Source: a bacterium (GTDB lineage: Bacteria; Vulcanimicrobiota; Vulcanimicrobiia; Vulcanimicrobiales; Vulcanimicrobiaceae). From it: a DNA stretch of 64,000 nt. The position numbers were made by a program, and so were the translations under genes. Below are positions 57,478 through 64,000 of this stretch, in pieces (within the stretch, counting starts at the first letter, position 1; each line of letters begins with the position of its first letter). The notes beneath the pieces are model-generated. The model was given only the letters and a program-made list of their open reading frames with translations, searched no databases and was not told the DNA's origin. The DNA lies in contig JAJYRI010000004.1 in the NCBI GenBank assembly GCA_021794175.1, forward strand, positions 667 through 64,666. The letters are read 5' to 3'.

Positions 57478-58375
57478 GCGCGGCCCAAGGACGCCAGCGG
57501 CCTCGCTGAAGCTCGAACTCGGCGCCGCGTTGAAAGACCGCAATGCACGGTGTGCCGAGCATGCCGGCGACGTGAATCGCTCCGGAATCGGGAGCGACGA
57601 GTATCTCGCTTTCGGCGATCGCGGCGATCCATGGCTGCAGCTCTGCGAACCATTCGATTCCGGCGAGCCCCTCGGCGAGCGACGATATCTGCGCGCGTTC
57701 GGAAAGCGGTGCAAGAAGGCGAATCGCTCCGAAACGTTCGTTCGCTCGATCGAGGAAGCTGCGTACCTGTGCGACCGTCATACCGAGCCGCTCCCATTTT
57801 GAGGTGAGTTGCAAGGCAATGCCCTGCGGCGGCGCTGTCTCGCGAGCGAGAAGAAGGGGACGCAGCCTCTGTGGGTCACGCGCGGGTCGAGCCCCCGGCG
57901 CGAGCAGCGATGCGCCGAGCGAAAAGAGCACTTCGCATTCGTGCGGCGCTCGTGGATCGAGCCCCGCACTGCGGTAGATCGCCTGCGTGAGCAGCGAACG
58001 CACCCAAAGCGTCTTGAGCGGCTTCCCCCAGCCGTTCTGAAAGCCGATGCGATGCGGTGCGCGTAGCGCCGCCGCGAGGCGGTAGCCGGCCGGATCTTCG
58101 GTCGCGACGAGCACATGAGAGTAGTGATTCGGCCGCAAATCCTCGGCAAAGGCAGCGATCGCCGCGCGGTTGGCGGCGCTCTCGTCGCGCTGCGCGAAGG
58201 GAGCGAGGTAAGTGTGCCGACGGGCGACCGGTGCGAAGAGATCCCGCGCCGCCGGCGAGAGAACGAGATCGACGGGTATAGCCGCCTCGCGTAACGCGAG
58301 GAGCAGAGGTGCAAGTGCCAACGTATCGCCGAGGGCGTCGAGGCGGACGATGAGGGCCGATGAGGAATCAGTCAC
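57392..58375 (-). CDS. glycosyltransferase family 9 (heptosyltransferase-like)
   Basis: GTG start. LIVRLDALGDTLALAPLLLAL...APDSGAIHVAGMLGTP. The 3' end overlaps the convergent DUF2079 gene by 86 bp. Confidence 0.7.
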   Translation of the reverse strand: MTDSSSALIVRLDALGDTLALAPLLLALREAAIPVDLVLSPAARDLFAPVARRHTYLAPFAQRDESAANRAAIAAFAEDLRPNHYSHVLVATEDPAGYRLAAALRAPHRIGFQNGWGKPLKTLWVRSLLTQAIYRSAGLDPRAPHECEVLFSLGASLLAPGARPARDPQRLRPLLLARETAPPQGIALQLTSKWERLGMTVAQVRSFLDRANERFGAIRLLAPLSERAQISSLAEGLAGIEWFAELQPWIAAIAESEILVAPDSGAIHVAGMLGTPCIAVFQRGAEFELQRGRWRPWAAPSVTLEGNAEWPQRALSSLPSLRESSRT

Positions 58376-58383
58376 GCCGAGCT

Positions 58384-58725
58384 ATGCTTGCGCGCGAGAA
58401 CCTCGTTACCTTCGCCGAGTTCCCCGGGCGGCGCGTCGCCCGGCGCTTTGGGTATGTCTCGGGACAGGCCGAACAGCCGCAGAACCGCCTTCGCTCCACC
58501 TTCCGCAGCATTGGGATGCTCGTCGGACTCGCCCCGGTGGAGCTGGTGAGCGATGCGGAGCGTCTGCGCGCAGAGGCGCTCGAACGGCTGCGCGAACGGG
58601 CCGAGCGCGTCGGTGCAAACGCAGTACTTGGGCTGCAATTTCACGTGAGCGAGCGCCCCGACGGTTCCTGCGTGGTGATCGCATTCGGCGAAGCGGTTCG
58701 CGTGGTACGCGAGGAGCGAACGTGA
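58384..58725 (+). CDS. YbjQ-family (UPF0145) protein
   Basis: RFGYVSGQA...AERLRAEALERLRERAERVGANAVLGLQF...VVIAFGEAVRV. Start at ATG 58384, or 58360. Confidence 0.65.
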   Translation: MLARENLVTFAEFPGRRVARRFGYVSGQAEQPQNRLRSTFRSIGMLVGLAPVELVSDAERLRAEALERLRERAERVGANAVLGLQFHVSERPDGSCVVIAFGEAVRVVREERT

Positions 58726-59405
58726 TATTGGAGGAGCGCGCGCGTCGCGAACGCGCTTTGCAGGCAGCCGCCGCACGGGCGAGTGCCTGCCGCGCTTGCA
58801 GCATCGGCGCGCAGCGTCGTAATAACGTCTACGGCGAAGGCGATCCACTCGCCGATCTCATGCTGATCGGCGAAGGACCCGGCGAGACCGAGGATCGGCT
58901 CGGCCGCCCGTTCGTCGGGCGTGCCGGTGAGTTGTTGGAGAAGATGCTCGGCGCAATCGGGCTCGCTCGCGAGGACGTCTATATCGCCAACACGGTGAAA
59001 TGCCGCCCGACGTTGCAGGGCGAGCGCGGGCTCAAGAATCGTGCGCCCGTCCCGGCGGAGATGGCGAATTGTCGCCCCTTTCTCGACGAGCAGATCGAAA
59101 TAATCCGGCCGCGCGTTTTGCTTGCACTGGGAGCACCGGCGGCGAAATCCTTTCTCGGTCCAAACTACGCGATCACCAAACAGCGCGGCCGTTGGGAGCG
59201 CGGACCGCTCGATATCCCGTTGCTCGTGACCTTTCACCCCGCGTACGTCCTGCGCCAGACCGGCGGGGAGCTCACTGCGGTAAAACGGTTGGTCTGGGAC
59301 GATCTCAAGGCGGTTCGGGCGCGGATCGACGAGCTCGCGGCGCAGAGCGGGGCGACGGCTCCGCGCCAGGTCGGCCTCTTCGAAGCCGAGCCCGTGGTAG
59401 AGTGA
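58722..59405 (+). CDS. uracil-DNA glycosylase, family 4
   Basis: GTG 58722 overlaps the YbjQ stop (GTGA). CRAC...GEGDPLADLMLIGEGPGETEDRLGRPFVGRAGELL...ANTVKCRP...HPAYVLR. Confidence 0.85.
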   Translation: MILEERARRERALQAAAARASACRACSIGAQRRNNVYGEGDPLADLMLIGEGPGETEDRLGRPFVGRAGELLEKMLGAIGLAREDVYIANTVKCRPTLQGERGLKNRAPVPAEMANCRPFLDEQIEIIRPRVLLALGAPAAKSFLGPNYAITKQRGRWERGPLDIPLLVTFHPAYVLRQTGGELTAVKRLVWDDLKAVRARIDELAAQSGATAPRQVGLFEAEPVVE

Positions 59406-59410
59406 GAGCC

Positions 59411-60502
59411 ATGTATCGCGATCCAAAGGCGATCTGGCTGCGCGAGGTCGTCGGGCGCGCCGGATTCTCAACCCCCGAAGAGTTCATCTCGACCTTCGAT
59501 CTCAAACCGTACCGTATCGACCAGCTCTATCGCGCAGCGATGCGTGAATTGCTGGGCGGTGTCGACGAGGTCACGACGTTGCCGCTCGAACTGCGCGCGC
59601 GCTTAGCCGAACGCGGCCTTCGTTTCTCCAGCGTCGAGCCCGTCGTCGTGCAGCGGTCGCAAGATCGGCAGACGAGCAAAGCGCTGCTCGGCCTGCGCGA
59701 TGGAAAGCAAGTCGAAGCCGTGCTGATGGAGCATCGTGAAGGGCGAACGACCGTCTGCATCTCTTCGCAGGCCGGCTGTGCGTTTGCCTGTGCGTTCTGT
59801 TCGACCGGCCAGGCCGGTTTCTCGCGCCACCTCACCGCAACCGAGATCGTCGATCAAGCGCGCTTCTTCGCGCGCGATCTCCAAGAGCGCGGCAAAAAAA
59901 TTACCAACATCGTGTTTATGGGCATGGGAGAGCCTTTCCATAATTACGATGCGGTGATGGAGGCCGTTGCACTATTACACGATCCCAAAGGGATGGGGAT
60001 CGGCCATCGCCACATCACGATCTCGACGGTGGGTTGGGTCGATCGGATCGAAGATTTCACCAACGAACATCTCCAAGTCAACCTCGCGATCTCCCTGCAC
60101 GCCCCCGACGACGCTACCCGCGGATCGATCATGCCGGTCAATCGGCGGCACGATATCGGCGAGCTGATGGCGGCCTGCGAACGCTACGTCGCCGCGACGA
60201 AGCGAAAGGTATTCTTCGAATACGTCATGCTCGCCGGAACCAACGACAGCGATCGACACGCGCGCGATCTCGCCGCGCTGATGCGCGGTCATCTCTATCA
60301 CGTAAATTTGATTCCCTATAATGCGACGCCGGATGCGCCGTTTCAAGGCAGTAGCGACGAACGTATTTGGGCCTTTGCGAAGATTCTCGAAGATGCGGGC
60401 GTTCCATCGACGGTCCGGCACAATATGGGGACCGATATATCGGCCGCATGCGGACAACTACGCGCCGAGACCCAGCCCAAGGCGCATCACCTCGTATCGT
60501 GA
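59411..60502 (+). CDS. rlmN: 23S rRNA (adenine2503-C2)-methyltransferase RlmN (radical SAM)
   Basis: Start at ATG 59411. YRIDQLYRA, CISSQAGCAFACAFCSTG, GMGEP, and C-terminal ACGQL. Confidence 0.9.
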   Translation: MYRDPKAIWLREVVGRAGFSTPEEFISTFDLKPYRIDQLYRAAMRELLGGVDEVTTLPLELRARLAERGLRFSSVEPVVVQRSQDRQTSKALLGLRDGKQVEAVLMEHREGRTTVCISSQAGCAFACAFCSTGQAGFSRHLTATEIVDQARFFARDLQERGKKITNIVFMGMGEPFHNYDAVMEAVALLHDPKGMGIGHRHITISTVGWVDRIEDFTNEHLQVNLAISLHAPDDATRGSIMPVNRRHDIGELMAACERYVAATKRKVFFEYVMLAGTNDSDRHARDLAALMRGHLYHVNLIPYNATPDAPFQGSSDERIWAFAKILEDAGVPSTVRHNMGTDISAACGQLRAETQPKAHHLVS

Positions 60503-60519
60503 TTCGCTAGGGAACGCTC

Positions 60520-61500
60520 GTGCCGCTGATTCTCACGCAACATTATCTGCGGGACTTCAATCGGTACCTCGATCGTGAGGGGGTGATCTATCACTTTCCG
60601 AAGGTCTATCTTCCTCTCGTCAAGCGCTTCATCGATGAGATCGGCGACCGACGATTCCTCTACCAGCGCCCCGTCAAGGGTGCGCCGCACGGACAGGCCG
60701 GAACCTATTTCGGATACGGAATCCTCGGCAATCCCATTCCCGACACACAGAATGCCGGTCATTGGTTCGTAGAGATCCACGATTATCACAAGATGCGCCC
60801 GGTTCCGTTTCGCGACCCGAACGGCACCTACTACGAAACCGGAAGCGAACGATTGGGAAACCTGCAGGGGCGCTCGATCCGCTCGATCGAGCCGATGCGA
60901 TATTTCGCAATTCTCGCCGCAGGGCAAGCGTATTCGGTCGCCCCGACTACCGAAATGGCGGGGAGCGCGTCGCTACAGGATCGCGGCATCTTTGCGCCCG
61001 GGGTAATTCCGAAGGACGCATTTCGTGAAATGCTCGTCGTTCCGCCCGGGGTCGGCTACGTTCCGCACGGCAACGCGCCCCCCGATCCCTACGAGGCTGC
61101 GTCGTTGCACGAGCGGGCGCGCGGCGACCATCAACGGACGCTCGACGTCTTGTTGAAACGCTTCCAAGCGATGGGTGGAAGCGGGCTCTATAACAATCAT
61201 GTCGATCTCTTCGCTCATCTGGGCGAGCGGCGTTTTCTCATCGAGGCGAAGAGTCTGCCGCGTCCCTCGGTCGCGCTCGACCGAATGCGGTACGGTGTCG
61301 GGCAGCTCATGGATTACCGCGTGCGCTACGAAGCGGAGCTGATGGGCGCCGAACCGATCCTTGCCTTCGGCGCTCAAGTGGAGCGGGAGCAATCGTTCAT
61401 CCCAACGATCCTCGATAAAAACGGGATCGCTCTGGTCGAAGTCATCGGCGAGCGGGCTCGACCCGGCAACGATCGCGCTCGCTCCCTGCCGCTCTTCTAA
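60520..61500 (+). CDS. hypothetical protein with a C-terminal PD-(D/E)xK nuclease motif set (candidate restriction- or defence-type nuclease)
   Basis: GTG start with AGGGA upstream. D229-x12-E242-A-K244, then Q262-x3-Y266 (VDLFAHLGERRFLIEAKS...GVGQLMDY), at nt 61204-61317. The ~200-aa N-terminal region is unknown. GC is lower than in the flanks. Confidence 0.55.
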   Translation: MPLILTQHYLRDFNRYLDREGVIYHFPKVYLPLVKRFIDEIGDRRFLYQRPVKGAPHGQAGTYFGYGILGNPIPDTQNAGHWFVEIHDYHKMRPVPFRDPNGTYYETGSERLGNLQGRSIRSIEPMRYFAILAAGQAYSVAPTTEMAGSASLQDRGIFAPGVIPKDAFREMLVVPPGVGYVPHGNAPPDPYEAASLHERARGDHQRTLDVLLKRFQAMGGSGLYNNHVDLFAHLGERRFLIEAKSLPRPSVALDRMRYGVGQLMDYRVRYEAELMGAEPILAFGAQVEREQSFIPTILDKNGIALVEVIGERARPGNDRARSLPLF

Positions 61501-61641
61501 GGCGTGGAGGGCTCTGCGCCCCGCCGCCCTCGGCGTTTGGAGGGGTGGCCTTGCTCGAAAGCCTGAGGGGTGAGGGTTTTCCTGCGCCCGCTGAGAAACG
61601 TAGTCGCCCCTATGGATAGCAGCATCGGCGTCCGCGTGACG

Positions 61642-62964
61642 ATGGACGAAATTACCGCGCTTGCCAAGCGGCGCGGCTTCATGTTCCAGAGCAGCGAGAT
61701 TTACGGAGGCATCAACGGCTTTTGGGATTACGGCCCGTTGGGCGCGGTTCTCAAACGGAACGTGAAGGATGCCTGGTGGCGCGATACGGTCGAACTGCGC
61801 GACGATGTCGTCGGTTTCGATTCATCGATTATCATGCATCCGCTCACCTGGAAAGCCTCCGGTCACGTCGATGCATTCCACGATAAACTCGTCGATTGCA
61901 AAGTCTGCAAACACCGCTTTCGGTTCGATCACCTGAAGGACCCGAATCAGTGCCCCGATTGCGGTAGCAAAGCGAGTTTTACCGAACCGCGGAACTTCAA
62001 TCTGATGATGCGCACGCAGATCGGGCCGATGGAAGATAGCGCCTCGGTCGCCTATCTCCGTCCCGAGACGGCGCAAGGCATCTTCGTGAACTTCAAAAAC
62101 GTCTTTCAGAGCGCGCGAAAGAAACCGCCGTTCGGCATCGCGCAGATCGGAAAATCCTTCCGCAACGAAATTACGCCTGGGAATTTTACTTTTCGCGTTC
62201 GTGAATTCGAACAGGCGGAACTGGAGTATTTCGTTCCCGATGACGGCCGCGATATGGAGGTCTTTCAGGAGTGGGTCGCTCGTCGCAAGGCGTGGTATGC
62301 GAGCTATGGTATCGCCGAAGAACGGCTCCGATTCTACGAACTCACCCCGCAGGAGCGTCCGCATTACGCGAAGGCGGGCGTCGACGTCGAATATCTCTTC
62401 CCATGGGGATGGGGCGAGCTCGAATCGATCGCCCATCGCGGCACCTACGATCTCGAAGCGCACATGTCGCTCTCCGGGAAAGATCTTCGCTTCTTCGATG
62501 AAGCGTCGAAACAACATTATACCCCGTTACTGATCGAGAGCTCGGCGGGCATGGATCGCACGACGCTGACCTTCCTCGTCGATGCATACGAAAAGCAAAC
62601 GGTGACCGGTGCCGATGGCAAGAGCAGCGAACGTATCGTCCTGCACTTCCATCCTCGGATCGCGCCGGTACAGGCAGCGGTGTTCTCGCTCGCCCGGAAC
62701 AAACCCGAACTCGTCGAGGGAGCGAAGCGCATCGAAGCGGCATTGCGCCCGCATTTTCGGACGCAGTACGACGAAGGGAATATCGGCCAACTCTATCGCC
62801 GTCAGGATGAAATCGGTACGCCGTATTGCTTGGTGTTCGATTACGATTCGCTCGCGGATGGGAAAGTAACCGTTCGCGATCGCGACGCGATGACGCAAGA
62901 GCGTGTGGCGGTCGACGGACTCGCCGGTTATCTCAACGCCGCGATCTCCGGAGCGACCCGGTAA
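61642..62964 (+). CDS. glyQS: glycine--tRNA ligase (dimeric class II, GlyQS)
   Basis: MDEITALAKRRGFMFQSSEIYGGINGFWDYGPLG, FRNEITP. An anticodon-binding domain follows. Start at ATG 61642; alternatives are 61612 and 61570. Confidence 0.9.
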   Translation: MDEITALAKRRGFMFQSSEIYGGINGFWDYGPLGAVLKRNVKDAWWRDTVELRDDVVGFDSSIIMHPLTWKASGHVDAFHDKLVDCKVCKHRFRFDHLKDPNQCPDCGSKASFTEPRNFNLMMRTQIGPMEDSASVAYLRPETAQGIFVNFKNVFQSARKKPPFGIAQIGKSFRNEITPGNFTFRVREFEQAELEYFVPDDGRDMEVFQEWVARRKAWYASYGIAEERLRFYELTPQERPHYAKAGVDVEYLFPWGWGELESIAHRGTYDLEAHMSLSGKDLRFFDEASKQHYTPLLIESSAGMDRTTLTFLVDAYEKQTVTGADGKSSERIVLHFHPRIAPVQAAVFSLARNKPELVEGAKRIEAALRPHFRTQYDEGNIGQLYRRQDEIGTPYCLVFDYDSLADGKVTVRDRDAMTQERVAVDGLAGYLNAAISGATR

Positions 62965-62965
62965 G

Positions 62966-64000
<1,035 letters not shown>

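Noticed and set aside
61501-61641. Possible T-box leader in front of glyQS
   Set aside because: Only about 140 nt are available, and there is no AGGGTGGTACCGCG-like T-box sequence or specifier/terminator architecture visible.

Overview
This is a high-GC, densely coding bacterial chromosome segment with about 60 genes, many joined by 4-nt ATGA/GTGA overlaps and preceded by strong AAGGAG/GGAGG ribosome-binding sites. Most of it is housekeeping or envelope biology. In order the genes are: a partial FAD oxidoreductase; nth; a DPP-IV-type peptidase; an acyl-CoA dehydrogenase divergent from CoA-transferase A/B; an ABC exporter; dnaK-grpE-dnaJ; and a TolC/adaptor/two FtsX permeases/ATPase efflux operon ending in an HtrA protease. 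Then come a Yip1 membrane protein; RNase J; an EamA transporter; a Tat-signal small protein coupled to an amidase; a GT1 glycosyltransferase plus a double-PilZ protein; and an IDH-family dehydrogenase. Next is ftsK, followed by PAP2 and the futalosine genes mqnE-mqnA-mqnC, then an NMO-family flavoenzyme and an intact IS256-family element with a 9-bp target duplication directly upstream of fabI. The rest comprises a cytochrome c lipoprotein; mnmA; rodZ-yajQ-rimO-LCP-deacetylase; an NHL lipoprotein; a multi-GAF histidine kinase; secA; prfB (its programmed +1 frameshift is split by the ORF track); DUF2079; GT9; YbjQ; UDG; rlmN; glyQS; and the 5' part of ppdK. I found no rRNA, tRNA or CRISPR array. 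I do not see a convincing multi-gene novel system. The most interesting candidates are single loci: (1) a signal-less Gly-rich protein with a GDPH self-cleavage motif between secA and prfB; (2) a lower-GC PD-(D/E)xK nuclease fusion wedged between rlmN and glyQS, possibly a single-gene defence or type IV-like nuclease; (3) a GatC/AtzG-like Tat-signal subunit coupled to a signal-less amidase; (4) a terminator-like hairpin that holds the tolC-like start codon in its loop; (5) IS256-end promoter geometry in front of fabI. All functional calls come from motif recognition by eye. No database search was run.
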